From: an uncultured bacterium
Lineage (GTDB): Bacteria > Verrucomicrobiota > Verrucomicrobiia > Verrucomicrobiales > DEV007
NCBI GenBank assembly: GCA_963977015.1
Contig: CAXBMO010000006.1
Span: 224,001 to 288,000, forward strand
Direction of reading: 5' to 3'
DNA length: 64,000 nt
The notes under the pieces were generated by a model. It was not told where the DNA came from, searched no databases, and was given only the letters and a program-made list of their open reading frames with translations. Positions 22,901-37,668 of the stretch are shown here, in pieces (within the stretch, counting starts at the first letter, position 1; each line of letters starts with the position of its first letter). The position numbers and the translations under genes are program-made.

Positions 22901-25114
22901 GACACCGGCGTGCTCCGGCTCGGCGACGGAAAGCTGCTGGTTCCGGCTGGGAAGATGGATCTTTCCGGGATCACCGTGGCGCCAAACGGCGATCTTTTGG
23001 TGAGCGACCGGGCGACCCACCTCATCCGGCGTTTTACCGCGGAAGGCAAGCCGGCCGGGACGATCGGAACCCAGGGTGGCCCCTACAAGGGAACCTATGA
23101 CCCGAGCCGGATGGTCAATCCCGCCGGGCTCGTGTTCGGGCCGGACGGCAAGCTCTGGGTCGCCGAAAATCGTTGGAATCCGAAGCGGGTTCTCGCGTGG
23201 AACCTGGAGAAAAATCAGGTCGCGTTCGAGAAATTCGGGATGCCGCATTACGGCGGCGACGGCTCCGGATTCGACCCGGAAAACCCGCGGCGCTGGATCG
23301 GGCTCGGCTGTTTCTGGGACGTCGACATCGCGACCGGAGCGGCACGCCCGACGCACATCATTTCGCTGGAGGAAGGGCACTTCGGCAAGTATCACCCGCA
23401 GAGTTACTCCTTCTTCCGCGAGCACGGTCGGACCTTTCTCTGCGCCCGGGGCAAGATTGCCCTGATTTCCGAGGTGCTGCCGGACGGCACGATTCGCGAT
23501 CTCGCCGCGACCGCCGGCACCCATCATTTCGCCTACGGTTGCGGCTGGGAACCGCCCCAGGCCTACATCGACGCCTTTTACGAGAAGTGGCCGGAGAAAC
23601 GCGCCCTGGAGAAGCCGATGGGTCGCAAAGGCGAGGGCAAACCGTGGCGGGAACGCGGCATGGGCGTGCTCTGGGTCGACCGCAACGGCGACGGCGAACC
23701 GCAGAAGGAGGAGTTCGATTTTTGCGGCGACGACATCGCCTACTGCGACGGAGCCTGGGGCCATCTCCAGAATTCGCTGACCTTTTCCGTGCCGGTCGCG
23801 GACAAAACCCGGACCTGGGTCGCCGCGATCGAGCCGAAGGGATTTCTGCCCAACGGCGTGCCGGATTACCCGACCCTGGACGAAGCCATCGCCGCGGCGA
23901 CGCCGGTCAACCTGACTCCCGGCTACCAGCGCAACGGCGTCCCCACGGTGAGGGATAACTCCGGCCGGTTCATCTTCAATTCCGACCCGGAGATGAACGC
24001 CTACGCAGCCGACGGGCGGCATCTCTGGACCTACCCGAATCAGTGGAGCAACGTCCACGGCTCGCACAAGGCGCCCCTGCCCGAACCCGGTGTGATGCAG
24101 GGCACCCTGGGGATTCTCGGCCTGGCTCCGTTCGACGAACGGGGCGACGTCTTTTTCCTCAACGGCAACCACGGGCGCTGCTTTATCCTCACCAGCGACG
24201 GACTTTATCTCGACGAAGCGTTCGTCGACGTCCGGGTCAGCTATCTGAAAAACGAATACCGGCTCGGGGGCGAGATTTTCGGCGGCAGCTTCGCGCGATC
24301 TGCGACGGACGGAAAATACTACGTCCAGATCGGACACGGGCCCTACCGGATCTACGAGCTGACCGGACTGCAGGAAGCCCGGCGGATCGAGGGCATGCTT
24401 GCGGTCACTGCCGAGCAGATCGCGACCGCGGAAGCACGCAATCTGCGGCGAGCTGCCGAAAGCCAGGTCGCCCGGGAGGCCACCCTGCCCGGAAAGGTCA
24501 GCTGGGACAAGAGCGGCAAGTTCCGGGTCGAACTCGAGCTCGACGCCGACGCGACTCACCTCCACCTGCACTACCGGGTTCAGGACCCGTCGCCCTGGGT
24601 CAACAACGGCCGCGACTGGACCAAGCTCTTCGCCACCGGCGACACCGTCGACCTCCAGATCGCGACCGACCCGGCTGCGGATCCGCGGCGCCGCGGACCG
24701 GTCCCGGGCGACAAGCGGCTCCTCATCGCCGGATTCGAGGGCGAGCCGGTCGCGGTGCTTTACGAACATCGTAAGCCGGGTGGCGACGGGAACAATGCGA
24801 TCGAGTTCACCTCGCCCTGGCGCGGGGAAAAAGTCGACAACGTCCAGAAACTGCCGGAGGCGAAGATCGAGGTGAAGACCGGCAACAGCAGCTACGAGGT
24901 CAAGGCGTCGATCCGCCTGGAAGATCTCGGGCTCGAGCTAAAACCCGGCGAGACCTACCGGGCCGACTTCGGCGTCACCTACGGCGACGTGGACGGAACC
25001 GACACCAATCTGCGTTCCTACTGGTCAAACCCGAGCACCGGCCTGGTCGACGACATTCCCGGCGAGATCATGCTTTCCCCGGCGATGTGGGGCGACCTGA
25101 CCGTAGAACCCTGA
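19964..25114 (+). CDS. Large secreted protein: beta-propeller/NHL repeats, FlgD Ig-like domain, C-terminal CBM9-like domain
   Basis: Signal peptide; [15 protein letters not shown]...WDGLDETG...PGTY; NHL repeats; C-terminal [13 protein letters not shown]...YEVKASI...DFGV. Confidence 0.8.
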   Translation: MNFLSFSKTLTVVFFLSSFAAGAELRFAGSLGNSGESGDTLVTFSEQTASGMGPVIDDALTIWERGGSGKLNRYALDGRLLASFAIPASTERSDQLTRAGDLLVMKIGRGLFTLPLDAVPGTAATRLAGEAEILSSSSFEGKVAVFAKSSGEVSWLDPATGERTPALKPDFRVTDLHPTGDGTLYLFGGGEVRAWKDGELLPGFPLGFNGERPRKIGRFWYSFSWHGTINRMNDQFEPDPGVVLGGASGSFIGYLPESVDLTLGRGIALVRDGIHAVSGLEGVVQLLQWNGAEERFEVVRRIGALPGLNGVALDAAGNIWTPHGSWRWDDSAETPNTLGDKRPDVMAQPVVLDGQTLCLLKKHYSSVQLARGPFIDASGWSHFDTPGIKNFELPDSVSGAAVVPDGNGLTLIAVERGGQAFELGINEAGQLRSAPKPVTLPGLQDCTSLAWFDGHLIAADGGELVAFQRDGDGNWKETSRRADFGAEIYVHGDGARLAVSDTENGTVHLFDSLGNPLATRSGLQAPRHLAVSGDRLAVFEAGRQRLVKLELSADEKPAPAFAAKPAPPAKGKIAEHGEANFQDLGRPGGIPFSVALTPEKSGLSLSIQTAADAEIRIGVANRQNAYLLTNASGSGSQGRLDFRLPAGDWSEIRLAAALKSSGQRERFGFLDRAPIHAPFSDAPATWAPFDLDAYRETVTARQQEIRLTFEQAVAGKATLVIENEAGQRIRNLVSGRSLEAGKHTVIWDGLDETGNLIAPGTYHWRGITHPGIEPVYRMHFANGGEETTAPWGPNHSTFHHAATNGELVFFAAPVTEGGWALVALDADGKLVQGYEHQHGFGIQHDAIAADERYLYCAQDGFAWGGTKGVDFKDAKWTATWSLTVVRYDIASGKMIEFPGKRRALEVGTMEVGPGSDHPDLSDFNLGGLAVAEGRLYVGSRARQAVLVLDPETGEELEAIPADGVRHLAVSPQNLIYAATDTGVLRLGDGKLLVPAGKMDLSGITVAPNGDLLVSDRATHLIRRFTAEGKPAGTIGTQGGPYKGTYDPSRMVNPAGLVFGPDGKLWVAENRWNPKRVLAWNLEKNQVAFEKFGMPHYGGDGSGFDPENPRRWIGLGCFWDVDIATGAARPTHIISLEEGHFGKYHPQSYSFFREHGRTFLCARGKIALISEVLPDGTIRDLAATAGTHHFAYGCGWEPPQAYIDAFYEKWPEKRALEKPMGRKGEGKPWRERGMGVLWVDRNGDGEPQKEEFDFCGDDIAYCDGAWGHLQNSLTFSVPVADKTRTWVAAIEPKGFLPNGVPDYPTLDEAIAAATPVNLTPGYQRNGVPTVRDNSGRFIFNSDPEMNAYAADGRHLWTYPNQWSNVHGSHKAPLPEPGVMQGTLGILGLAPFDERGDVFFLNGNHGRCFILTSDGLYLDEAFVDVRVSYLKNEYRLGGEIFGGSFARSATDGKYYVQIGHGPYRIYELTGLQEARRIEGMLAVTAEQIATAEARNLRRAAESQVAREATLPGKVSWDKSGKFRVELELDADATHLHLHYRVQDPSPWVNNGRDWTKLFATGDTVDLQIATDPAADPRRRGPVPGDKRLLIAGFEGEPVAVLYEHRKPGGDGNNAIEFTSPWRGEKVDNVQKLPEAKIEVKTGNSSYEVKASIRLEDLGLELKPGETYRADFGVTYGDVDGTDTNLRSYWSNPSTGLVDDIPGEIMLSPAMWGDLTVEP

Positions 25115-25197
25115 AGAATTCCGCGGCGTCCATTTCAAGATCAGCGAATGCAGATGCTTGGGCGACCAAGGAGCCTGCGTAAACTTTTGCCCGCGAC

Positions 25198-25276
25198 GTA
25201 AAACGGGACACCGGCCCGTTCCTGCAGAGGCTGCCGCCAGTCGACCGGGGGGGAACGGGCCGGTGTCCCGTTTTAC
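25198..25276. repeat. Palindromic MITE/REP-like element, copy 2
   Basis: Perfect 25-bp inverted repeat GTAAAACGGGACACCGGCCCGTTCC / GGAACGGGCCGGTGTCCCGTTTTAC. Confidence 0.85.
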
Positions 25277-25303
25277 CTTACTTCCACCATTCGGTACTAG
25301 AAT

Positions 25304-25549
25304 GTGGAAGTCCGGGCTGGTGAAGAGTACCCATGTGGTGACGGCCTGCGCCACCACCAGGAAATATCTCGGGCTCAAGCTGAACCCTACTACCGGGCTG
25401 ACTTCGGCGTCACGTCCGGCGACGTGGTCGGCACCGACATCAACCTGCGTTCCTGCTGGTCGAACCCAAGCACCGGCCTGGTCGACGACATTCCCGGCGA
25501 GATCATGCTTTCCCCGGCAATGTGGGGCGATTTGACCGTCGAACCCTGA
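25304..25549 (+). pseudogene. Decayed duplicate of the 3' end of the 1716-aa gene
   Basis: 25391-25549 matches the last 53 codons of 19964-25114 with 14 substitutions; the upstream part has indels. Confidence 0.85.
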
Positions 25550-25674
25550 CGTTTCAACCTGCCGCTTCGGTTGCCAGCCTGGCCCAATTTCCTGGTTAGT
25601 CTTTGAACTCATCTTGATGCGAACGGGGCCGCGCTGACGAAGTCGCTTCAGAGCATGTTGGGACGGCTTCTCAC

Positions 25675-28582
<2,908 letters not shown>

Positions 28583-28590
<8 letters not shown>

Positions 28591-30310
28591 TGGCTCGAGT
28601 CATTTCAACCGGTCGTTTCAAGGTTTCGGGATACGGCCCCTCCCGCACCGACCAGTGCTGGCCGGTGACTTGAATCTTCCACAAGGGAATGCAGGCCATC
28701 TTATAGGGATGAAAAACGACTTCCTTGTTCACCGCAAAGACCTTGTTCGGGGTCGGCACGAACAGCATGTAACTTTCGTCGTAAGCCCGGCGCATGATGT
28801 TCTCGCAGACCTGGTCGAACCCGGGCTCGTCGACTCCGGTGCGAAACAGGTCTTCCATGTAGCCGTTCATAGTGGGATCGGGAAACACGGTGCTCCAAAC
28901 GTTGTCGGTCCGGAACACGAAGAACGCCGTGAACGGATGATTGAAATACCAGTCGTCGTTGCCCCACACCAGCAGATCCCACTGCTTCTTGTTCTGTCCC
29001 GCATTGGTTAGGAGAAGCGGGCCGAAGATTTCCTTTTCGCTCGTTGTAAATTCGATGTCCAGCTCGACGCCGACCTTCTTGAGCTGTGTTTCGATGCCGC
29101 GCCACATGGCCCGGTAGCGGTCCTGGGTCAGCACCTTGAGCTTCAATCCCTCGAGAACGGCCGCGAGCCGCGCCTGGGTGTCCGGCGCGTAGGGATCATG
29201 ATCCCGCGGCACTGGCAGCAGGGTCTTGCTCACTTCCGAGACGCCGGGATAGTACGGAGAAAAGGGAGATAATCTGCCTTCGTCCTCGAACACAAAGTGG
29301 AGCAGGTTTTGCTGATGCAACGCCTCGTTGAGGGCTCGCCGCACCTTCCGGTCTTTCAACCGCGGATGGCCGTTGATCAGGTTCATGTGAATGGCGATGT
29401 TGTCCGTCGACGGCGAAATTACGAGCTTGCTGTAGGGGGCCAGGATCGTCTCGACCTTGTCCTCCGGGGGCACCACCGTGATGTCGAGCGCGCCCTCCTC
29501 ATAGAGCGCCATGTCCTTGGCCTGTTCCGTGTTCAACTCGGTGAACACCGTGATCGTCTCGACCTTGGGATAGTTCTCTTTGTCCCAGTAGTAGGGATTC
29601 GCCTTGAAGACGGCCTTGCTGGTTTGACGGTCGCCTTCGATATAGCCTTCCGTCAGAATGTAGGGCCCGAGTCCGTAGGGACCGGGCTTGGAGAGATTGG
29701 GGCAGTTGGCCTTGCCGTTCCAGCCGACTTTCTCACCGGTCACGGGATCCTCGTTGGTCTCCAGGTATTCCTTGGTGTAGAACTGCATCCAAATGACGTC
29801 GTTCATGAACGAGCCGTATTTTTCGGTCAGGTGAAAGCGGACCGTTTCGTCGTCGATCTTTTCGGCGCGGTCGAAGACCTTGTCGATCTTGCTGTAGAGA
29901 ACCGGAGCCTTCTTGAAATACTCCATGTTCAGCACCACGGCATCGGCGTTAAACGGCGTTCCGTCCTGGAATTTCACCCCCTTCCGGAGCGTAAACTCAT
30001 AGGTGGTGTCGTCGATTTGCCGGTGGGACGTGGCCATGTCGTACTCCCAGCCCCGCTCGTTGTCCGAGGGCTTGATCAACGCGCCGTTCACCGAGTGCGA
30101 GGTGTAGAGATAGGGCAGACTCGGGATGAACACCTTGACGTGGGATCCCGGCACGAGTCCGGACAAAACCCGTTGCGGGGCCTCGTCCCTGCGCAATTCG
30201 AGCGGCGTGACCAGCGCAGGTTCAGCCCGGGTCCAGGTCGGGAACGTCGAAAAAACCCAAACAAGACCCATCAATGGCAAGGCGAACCGACCGCTGATAG
30301 GGGAACTCAT
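28583..30310 (-). CDS. Family 5 (Opp/Dpp-like) solute-binding protein
   Basis: [36 protein letters not shown]; signal peptide; overlaps the kinase start. Confidence 0.88.
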
Positions 30311-30596
30311 GATGAACTCGATGGCTGCGAAAGCCGCAAGGCGGCATCCAACTGCATTGAAACGATTCTCAAAGTTTTTTGAGAAAAAAGCGATTCTATA
30401 ATTTCATGACATTTAGCGACGGCTAGGTCTGGTGATTCGGAAGGGGGCATCGATCGCCCTTTTTAACCAGGAGGCTTAGGGGGTGAGCGAGGTTTTTGAG
30501 ACGAAGAAGGTTGTCATCTTGTCAGGCCCGACTGGGAAACGCTTGATTGTTGGGAATGCCGGTGTATTCGCGGCCTTCTCCACGCATTTTCAAACC

Positions 30597-30941
30597 ATGC
30601 CCAAAAAACCTCGTTTGCTGCTTTCGTTCCTTGCTGCGTTCCTTGTGACGACCTCGCTGTTGGCTGAAGATCCATCGGAAGCGACTCCATCCGGCGTCCC
30701 GGTTGCCTACCAACTTCCCACGGACGGCGATCTCCCAAAGACCTATCGCGTCACCCTCGCCATCACCGCGCCGAACGAGCCGGACTGGATCGTTTGCACG
30801 TTTGTCAGTGGAGAAGAACGGACCGTCACCAAGGAGAACCCGGGCAAGTTCACCGATTTCTGGAATGGCTGGGACGATAACTTCATGCAGGTTCCTCCTG
30901 GGAATTATGGGGTGAAGGGAATTTCCAAGATCGAGAATTAG
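30597..30941 (+). pseudogene. Truncated N-terminus of a secreted FlgD-Ig-type protein
   Basis: Signal peptide, TYRVTLAI...WNGWDDNF..VPPGNYGVKG, then ends abruptly at a repeat element. Confidence 0.6.
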
Positions 30942-30989
30942 GGACAGACCTCGCGAGAATTAGGACAGACCCCGCGAATTCGAGAATTA
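30932..30989 (+). repeat. Short tandem GGGACAGACC-type repeat; related single copy at 32041-32059
   Basis: CGAGAATTAGGGACAGACCTCG CGAGAATTAGGACAGACCCCG CGAATT CGAGAATTA. Confidence 0.7.
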
Positions 30990-31018
30990 CCGCGCGGGCT
31001 ACTCTCCGGCTTTTTGAC

Positions 31019-32017
31019 CTACACCCCGTTCTCCTCTTCTTTCCCCGTCTCAACCACTTGATCTGGCTGCACTTTTGTGAGGACCGGACGAAACCCGATA
31101 TAAGTTCTGCTTTCGGGTTTTGAGTGGTAACGGTTCGACGTATGGCAATACCAGCCGGGACTTTGCCATGAGCCACCCCGAATCACCCTGCCCGGCTGTT
31201 TCATATCAGAGGGCTTGAGCTGCATGGGATCAACGCCTCCTTCGACTTTGTGGTGATACCAGTCGAGACACCATTCGGTCACATTCCCGAGCATATCGTG
31301 CAAGCCCCAGGCATTTTCCGGATAACTGCCAACCTCCGCAGTCTTTCCGAGATTCGGCCCTTTTTCGGTGCCTTTCTCCGGTCGAGTCCCATCATAATTC
31401 GCCAGACGGCTGGGCATCTTCTCGCCAAAAGGGGTGCGCGTCAGCGTTCCGGCCCGGCAGGCGAAGCCCCATTCCGCAGCGGTGGGAAGCCGGTATTCGT
31501 AGCCGTCCGGCAGTTTGCCAGCCTCGCGTTCGAGTTGGGTGAGCTTTCGACAGAATTCACCCGCTTCGGCGTGATTGACGCGATAGACTGGAAACTGATC
31601 TCCCGCACCGGCATCGAGCTTATTTTCGTTCGGCCCCATGACTCGTTCCCATTCGGCCTGGGTCACCTCAAACTGTCCGATCAAAAACGCTTGGCTGAGA
31701 GTCACCTCGACTGGTCCTCCATCGTTGCCCTCAACTCTTCGGCTTTTCATGCGATAGGTCCCGGGCGGGATCACCCGCAGCTTCATGCCGATCGAGTTTT
31801 CAAACGCCACCCCAAAACCGATGTGTTCAGCCCACGCTTTCTGAACCGATTGCGCCTCCTCTTTCGTGAGCGGCTTTTCGAAGAGTTTCACGGGCTCGGG
31901 GTCGGCCGCGAATGTCACTACGGCCGCGAAGGTCATTATTGTGTTGATCTGTAACATCGCACCAACCCTTCTCGATTTCCCTGCCAATCCGTTTTTTTGT
32001 ATTTGTCTGCTCATCAT
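31019..32017 (-). CDS. Formylglycine-generating-enzyme (FGE-sulfatase/SUMF1) domain protein
   Basis: NSIGMKL..IPPG, FEVTQ, YRLPTAAEW..ACRAG, NAWGLHDMLGNVTEWC, RGGSW, GFRPV; start may be 31957. Confidence 0.9.
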   Translation of the reverse strand: MMSRQIQKNGLAGKSRRVGAMLQINTIMTFAAVVTFAADPEPVKLFEKPLTKEEAQSVQKAWAEHIGFGVAFENSIGMKLRVIPPGTYRMKSRRVEGNDGGPVEVTLSQAFLIGQFEVTQAEWERVMGPNENKLDAGAGDQFPVYRVNHAEAGEFCRKLTQLEREAGKLPDGYEYRLPTAAEWGFACRAGTLTRTPFGEKMPSRLANYDGTRPEKGTEKGPNLGKTAEVGSYPENAWGLHDMLGNVTEWCLDWYHHKVEGGVDPMQLKPSDMKQPGRVIRGGSWQSPGWYCHTSNRYHSKPESRTYIGFRPVLTKVQPDQVVETGKEEENGV

Positions 32018-32199
32018 AGAAAGATTTCTTTCAAAAAACCTGGGACAGGCCCCGAGAATACCCGGCGCTTCATTCCGCCGCAGTTTCGTGGTGGATCTAA
32101 AGACCTACGCATCACTCAAGTAAGAAAAAAGAAACGGCCCCGCCTGTAAACGGGAAACTGTGCTCGTTTGCGTCCCTGCGATTCAGCCTTCGGGGCGGC

Positions 32200-32352
32200 A
32201 TGGCAGCTCGCGCATTGCGCTTCTTCCATGTGCGCGGCCAGTTTTTCGCGAGTCGTGAGCGGTTGGTCGGCGAGGCGGGAAAGCTGGGGCACGTTTGGCG
32301 GTGCTGGAGGTGGAGGGTCGTTGAGCAGATGACGCAGGACTCAGGCGCCCCG
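32200..32352 (-). pseudogene. DUF1588/cytochrome fragment
   Basis: RGA*VLRHLLNDPPPPAPPNVPQL...REKLAAH...CASCH; paralogous to the DUF1588 part of 35143-37557, with TGA at the conserved Trp. Confidence 0.8.
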
Positions 32353-32434
32353 GCGATGTCCGGCTCATTTTCGGGCTCTACGAAGACGGCGGCCAAATGA
32401 TGTCTCCAACCGATTCGCTCTGTCAGGTCAGCAG

Positions 32435-33778
32435 TCAGGCGGTGATTTCGGAAACGATTCCGGTGCTGTCGGCAAAACGCTCCGCTTCGACGTCCATTTT
32501 TTGGGCGAGGGTGAGCAGCAGATTGCTGAGGTGAGCCTTCTCGTTAACCGGCCGGTGGTGGATGCCCTTGTGCTGATCGTAGCCTTGGAAATCGGCGGCT
32601 TCGCGGTTGAAATCGACGTGCCGGCCGTGCTTGAGCCCCAGTTTGGAGCCGCCGGCGAGCACCAGGGGCAGGCTGGCGTTGCCGTGACTGTGCCCGTAGG
32701 CCATTCCACTGCCATAGAGCGCCATCGTCGTATCGAGGAGCGGACCATCGGCGTCCTTGGTTTCCTGGAGCCGCGTCAGGAAATAGGAAAACTGTGCCAC
32801 ATTGAAGGCGTCGCTCTGGGTCAGTTGGCGGAGCAGATCAGGATTCCCATTGTGGTGTGAAAGTGCGTGCCGTGACTGGTTGATCTCAAGTTCCGGAATG
32901 GGCAGGCCCTGGCCCTCCTCACCCGTGCTGAAGGTCGCGACGCGAGTCAGGTCGGTCTGCAGGGCGAGAACGATGAGATCATATATGACGCGGAAATACT
33001 CGCCGGGATCTTCCTGGGCAACGTCGCGATTGACGCGTGATTTGTCCTTGGGATCGATTCCCGGTCGCGGAATGTCGAGCCAGGCATCGGCCCGCTCGGT
33101 GCGAATCTCGGTTTCGCGGACGGCGGTGAGATACTGATCGAGCCGGTCGCGGTCCTCGCTGCCGACCTTCATTCGCAGGGCTTTCGCCTCGTCGAGATTG
33201 GCGTCGAGGATGCTGCCTTTTCGGCTCAGCTCCCGGCGCTGTTGCTCGACGCCGCCTTTCGGTTCTTCGAAGAGGTACTGGAAAACGACCTTCGGCCGAC
33301 TGATCGCGGGCAGCGTGATTCCGTCGCCGTTCACGGCCAGGGCACCGCCCTTGTTGGCCAATTCCAGGGAAGAAAACCGGGTCTGCGGCGCCGTAACCCG
33401 GGCCATGAGTTGATCGATGGAGATGGTGTTCTTGGCGGTGACTCCAAGGTTGCCGCCGGAGAGCCAGATCTTGCGGCAGTTGTGATGATGACCGAGGCCA
33501 TTGGGATGATAAAGACCGCTGAACGGGGTGATGTGGGCGCGGTGTTTTTCGAGGGGCTTGAGCGGCTCGCTCAACTCGTAATCGGCCCCGGAATTCTGGA
33601 TCTGATAGTCGCGGGTGTTGACTCCGTTGGGCAGGTAAATGAACACGCTTCGTTTCGGGCGGGCGGCGGAAGTTTCGGCGGCGCGCATACAGTCGAGCAT
33701 GGGCAGGGCAATGGTCGCGCCAAGACTGCGGAGAGCATAACGGCGGCTGATGAGCCACTTTTTGGATGAAAAGTTCAT
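32435..33778 (-). CDS. DUF1552 protein (Tat-like leader)
   Basis: [57 protein letters not shown]. Confidence 0.9.
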   Translation of the reverse strand: MNFSSKKWLISRRYALRSLGATIALPMLDCMRAAETSAARPKRSVFIYLPNGVNTRDYQIQNSGADYELSEPLKPLEKHRAHITPFSGLYHPNGLGHHHNCRKIWLSGGNLGVTAKNTISIDQLMARVTAPQTRFSSLELANKGGALAVNGDGITLPAISRPKVVFQYLFEEPKGGVEQQRRELSRKGSILDANLDEAKALRMKVGSEDRDRLDQYLTAVRETEIRTERADAWLDIPRPGIDPKDKSRVNRDVAQEDPGEYFRVIYDLIVLALQTDLTRVATFSTGEEGQGLPIPELEINQSRHALSHHNGNPDLLRQLTQSDAFNVAQFSYFLTRLQETKDADGPLLDTTMALYGSGMAYGHSHGNASLPLVLAGGSKLGLKHGRHVDFNREAADFQGYDQHKGIHHRPVNEKAHLSNLLLTLAQKMDVEAERFADSTGIVSEITA

Positions 33779-33791
33779 TGGCTGGAGGGGT

Positions 33792-35138
33792 TCAGGAGTT
33801 TTTGGGAGTTTGTGAGGGTGCCTGGCGAGGTTGAAAGGTGTCGGGAATGCGTTCTTCCATTCCCTTCACGCGTTCTTCCGGAGGGAGTTTCACGTTCGGC
33901 CAGTGATGGGCCCGAATGCGAATGACGCGAGTGGGGCGAAAGCCTTCCAGAACGCGCCGGACTTCGATTCGAAGCTGAATCCCGCTGCTGCCGTGAGGTG
34001 GGTTTTTCTCCACGCTGACCGACTGGATCGATCCGTCTATTCCATCGTGATCCTGCCACCAGGTGCGCAGGGTGTTCTCCGCCGAGGCGGCTTTGACGAT
34101 CTGCGTCTGGCGTTCGCCTTCGAGAAACGGCTCGTACAACGCGGGGGCCATGCCGCCGAAGAGCGTCGCGGTGACCAGTCCCCGTCCATTGCCGAGATGC
34201 TCGACTTCATCCACGTAAGCGGGGAGCCAGCGAAATTCCATGTGATGCACGTGGCGGCGGCGCTGGAGCTCGGCGGCGTTGGCGCGGCTTTCTTCATCCA
34301 GCCAGATGTCGGAAACGTGAAAGCGGCCGTATTCCCAATACTCGCTCCAGGTGAGATTCATCGTAACCTCGGGACCATCGGCGAGATTCAGGATCCGTTG
34401 CCCTTGTTGCAAATCAGACTCCCAATTTTCGGCTGGAGCGAGATCCTCCCACTCCACGTTTTCGCGCCCTCGCCAGAGCCGGGTGGAGCGATCGATGGTA
34501 AAAACCTGGTCGCCCTCCAACCCGTCCTCGGTCTCGTTGCCGGATCGAACCGCCCGCAGTTTTCCCCGCGGGAAATGGAGTTTGCGCCAGTCGCCCTGGC
34601 CTTCTTCGGCCGATGCCGGAAAATCGGGATGCTTTTTCGACCCTTTCTCCCACGACAGTTCGATCGCGCTGATTTTCCAGGTTAGTCCGCGGCTTTGGCA
34701 GTAGCTGGAATGATCCTCAAGCGCGACGCAATGGGTGTAGGGCCGGAAGTGTTTGTCCTTGCCCTGCGGCGGTCTCGGCACGGTGGTGTCGCCTTCCGGC
34801 GCGAGGAAAAACCAGCCATGCAACACGGTGCCGATCGGGACATCACGCAGTTCCGCCGGAGCGCCCTGGTAACGAATCGTTCCGTAGGGCAGCATGGCGA
34901 AGCGATGGGGCTCTGCCCGGTGATAGGGATCGCTGGTGCCATTGCCTCCCAGGCGAATTGCGCCAAGCCGATTGACGGGATCGACAAAAACCAATTCACC
35001 CATGAGGTGGTGGGCGCGTTCGATCGGCGCGAACTGACCGGGTTCGGGCACGTAGTCCGGCGACTCACTCTCCGCAGCCAGCGGAGTTGCGAAAAGAGCC
35101 AGGAAACCGAGCGTGAGAGGGGAATGGAAACGGAGCAT
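33792..35138 (-). CDS. Secreted hypothetical protein in DUF1592-DUF1552 operon
   Basis: Signal peptide; tight spacing within the operon. Confidence 0.8.
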   Translation of the reverse strand: MLRFHSPLTLGFLALFATPLAAESESPDYVPEPGQFAPIERAHHLMGELVFVDPVNRLGAIRLGGNGTSDPYHRAEPHRFAMLPYGTIRYQGAPAELRDVPIGTVLHGWFFLAPEGDTTVPRPPQGKDKHFRPYTHCVALEDHSSYCQSRGLTWKISAIELSWEKGSKKHPDFPASAEEGQGDWRKLHFPRGKLRAVRSGNETEDGLEGDQVFTIDRSTRLWRGRENVEWEDLAPAENWESDLQQGQRILNLADGPEVTMNLTWSEYWEYGRFHVSDIWLDEESRANAAELQRRRHVHHMEFRWLPAYVDEVEHLGNGRGLVTATLFGGMAPALYEPFLEGERQTQIVKAASAENTLRTWWQDHDGIDGSIQSVSVEKNPPHGSSGIQLRIEVRRVLEGFRPTRVIRIRAHHWPNVKLPPEERVKGMEERIPDTFQPRQAPSQTPKNS

Positions 35139-35142
35139 GAGG

Positions 35143-37557
35143 TTAGCGGGAAAGGAAGAGGTCAGAGAGCACCAGGTTTTCGATCAAATCGCCGATGTGG
35201 TAACCAGAGTCGGCACTCCGCTCGGTGATGGCCCGGAGTTCTTTCCGGTCATCGATCGTCATGGTGCGGCGCAACGCATACGTCGCCAGATTTTCGATCA
35301 GGGCGTCGATGAACGGTTCGGGTTCCGAAGCCAGCAACTGCTTGAATTCCTCCACTCCGGCGAATTTCCGGCCGTCGGGCATCACCCCGGACGCATCCAC
35401 CGCCGGGTTTTCCCCTTTCCCCTCGGACACAACTTCCGCGGTCCGCCACCGGCCAATCGCATCGTAGTTTTCAAACGCAAAACCTAGGGGATCGAGCTTT
35501 TTGTGACACGTCGCGCAATTCTTATCCGTCGCGTGAGCCTCAATTTGCCTTCGGATCGTCGTTTTCGGCGCATTCCGTTCGGCAGGTTCAAGCGGTTCCA
35601 CGTTGGGAGGCGGCGGCGTTGGCGTCACCCCGAAAATGGCTTCGCTGATCCAGACCCCGCGATGAATCGGCCGGTGCCGCGTGCCGTCCGAGGTCAGCGA
35701 CAGCACCGAGCCATGCGTCAGCAACCCACCCCGCCGGTGCTCCGGTCGCAGGCTCACGCGGTGAAAGCCGGATTTCTGCGGGATCGGAATGTCGTAATGG
35801 CGGGACAGCCGGGGGTTCAACATCGTCCAGTCGGAGTCGAGAAAGGCGGTCACCGGCAGGTTGTTCGCAAAGACTTCACGGAAGTAGCGGGTCGTTTCCA
35901 GCGTCATGCTTTTCTCCAGCCAGAGGTCGTAGTCGGGATAGAGTTTTGAATCCGGCGCAAACATCCCGACTTGGTGCAATTGCAGCCATTGTTTCGGAAA
36001 CGACTCCGTGAATCGCTCGATTTTCGGATCGGCCAGCATCCGTTTCAATTGCGCCCGCAAGTTCTTCGGTTCCCGCAGCGTTCCGGTTTCGGCGGCGGAA
36101 AGCAGGGTCTCATCCGGCATCGATCCCCAGAGGAAATACGACAACCGAGAGGCGAGTTCATGGTCGTTTAACTCCAGTCCTCGTCCCTCCCCGCCTTCCA
36201 CGATGTAGTAGAAATTTTTCGAGGTCAGGATGCCGAGCATGGCTGCCAGTTGAGCCCGGTGCGGCGTTTCACCCGCCTCCAGTTCAAGCTCGAACACGTG
36301 GAGATAGCGCGCGATCTCTTCTTCGCTGGCCGGCCGGCGCCAGGCCCGATCCGCCAGTTTTCGGAGCGCCGCTCGCGACTCCTCAATCAATTCCTCCCGT
36401 TGAAGTTCGGACTTCGAGTTGCGAATCTGCTCCGGCATCAGTCCCTCCCGTTTCGCCAGATCCGTTTCCGTCGTGAGAGGCCCCTCCCATTCAATCCAGT
36501 CCACCATCATGAGGGGATAGACGCCGCGCCCGTCGTCGGTCGTCAGCATGAGGCCGGTCGGGTTGAGCTGCCCCACCACTTCCTTGGAACTGGTGAACAC
36601 GCTCCCTCCGCCGCGAAGCACGTTCCTGTAATGGCCATCCGGAATTTTGCCGGCAACTTCGTTTTGCAGAACCAAAGCGGTGCCCGCATCGAGAAACGTC
36701 TCAAACTCGACGACCATTGGCGCGTCCTCCGCGGCCACGATATCCTGTTCGAACACCGATTGTCCCAGCTTCGGGTCCCAGACCGTGAGATGTGGTGCGA
36801 TCCCGTCGACGGACATCAATCCGCTGATTTGCAGGCGTGCGCGATACTGCCCCGGTTCATTCCTGGGAACGCCGCTTCGTCCATGAATCGTCTGCCCCGG
36901 CCAGATCAACACCCGCACCCGATCCGCGATTCCTCGCTCCTCCAATTCCTGGCGTTGTCCCCGGTGCTTCAGGTCGATGGCATCGGTGCGAACCACCTTG
37001 ATCTTGGGTTGGTGCTTGGGAAACGCCCGTTCCAGAATTTCCTCGCCTGCACGGAAATACCGATCCACATGCGAGGGAGACAGCGAAAGCATCGATCCGA
37101 CGCGCTCGAAACCGTGCCAACGCGGGTCCTCGTTCATCGCTCCCGGTTGATACACGTCGAAGCGCACGCCGAGCAGGTCGTAAACGGTGTTGGCATACTC
37201 TTCGCGGCTCAGCCGGTAGTGCGCGACCTCGCCGCGTTTCGCCATTCGTGCTGCCTCGCCTTCCGCGAGCCGCGCGGCAATCCAACCGGAAATTTCCTCC
37301 AGCTCGGCTCCCGACGGCTGCGGTTCGTCCTCCGGAGGCATTTCCCCCGCATTCAGCCGCCCCATGACTTCCGCCCAGATTTCGGCATTCGTGCTGACCG
37401 CGAAATCCCGTGGCAAGGTGTCGATCCGGAAATCACCTTTTTGTTTCTCCTCACCGTGACAGCGAACGCAGTGTTCGGCCAGGAACGGCTCGACGGATGA
37501 CGGTGCGGCGCAGACGGCGGCAGTGAGGCTCAATAGGATGGGGAACAGACACTTCAT
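35143..37557 (-). CDS. Planctomycete-type cytochrome c / DUF1592-1588-1587-1585-1595 protein
   Basis: CVRCH and CATCH heme motifs, RLSREEYANTV, ELASRLSYFLW.SMPD, RGGLLT. Confidence 0.9.
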   Translation of the reverse strand: MKCLFPILLSLTAAVCAAPSSVEPFLAEHCVRCHGEEKQKGDFRIDTLPRDFAVSTNAEIWAEVMGRLNAGEMPPEDEPQPSGAELEEISGWIAARLAEGEAARMAKRGEVAHYRLSREEYANTVYDLLGVRFDVYQPGAMNEDPRWHGFERVGSMLSLSPSHVDRYFRAGEEILERAFPKHQPKIKVVRTDAIDLKHRGQRQELEERGIADRVRVLIWPGQTIHGRSGVPRNEPGQYRARLQISGLMSVDGIAPHLTVWDPKLGQSVFEQDIVAAEDAPMVVEFETFLDAGTALVLQNEVAGKIPDGHYRNVLRGGGSVFTSSKEVVGQLNPTGLMLTTDDGRGVYPLMMVDWIEWEGPLTTETDLAKREGLMPEQIRNSKSELQREELIEESRAALRKLADRAWRRPASEEEIARYLHVFELELEAGETPHRAQLAAMLGILTSKNFYYIVEGGEGRGLELNDHELASRLSYFLWGSMPDETLLSAAETGTLREPKNLRAQLKRMLADPKIERFTESFPKQWLQLHQVGMFAPDSKLYPDYDLWLEKSMTLETTRYFREVFANNLPVTAFLDSDWTMLNPRLSRHYDIPIPQKSGFHRVSLRPEHRRGGLLTHGSVLSLTSDGTRHRPIHRGVWISEAIFGVTPTPPPPNVEPLEPAERNAPKTTIRRQIEAHATDKNCATCHKKLDPLGFAFENYDAIGRWRTAEVVSEGKGENPAVDASGVMPDGRKFAGVEEFKQLLASEPEPFIDALIENLATYALRRTMTIDDRKELRAITERSADSGYHIGDLIENLVLSDLFLSR

Positions 37558-37668
37558 GACGGGGTTTTGGGGATCATTTCCGAAAAACCCCGTCCTGTCA
37601 TGTCACGAGATCCGGGGACAAGCCCGGAATTCGCACACCTTCCCGATCACGCTATGGTAGGTGGATTC

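Noticed and set aside
20369-24769. Long antisense ORFs (also 26530-28302, 53085-54698, 57059-58900, 60984-62918)
   Set aside because: Shadow frames of high-GC genes with no recognisable motifs
24956-25549. Diversity-generating retroelement VR/TR pair
   Set aside because: Of 14 mismatches only 6 are at A in one copy and 2 at A in the other; most are synonymous; no DGR reverse transcriptase is in the window
30932-30989. CRISPR array
   Set aside because: Only 2-3 abutting units with no spacers and no cas genes; no CRISPR seen anywhere in the window
31019-32017. FGE/CLec-fold gene as a DGR target
   Set aside because: No second copy of its 3' end and no RT seen in the window
32341-32343. In-frame TGA as selenocysteine or recoded Trp
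   Set aside because: It aligns with a conserved Trp in an isolated fragment; other genes in the window use TGA as stop
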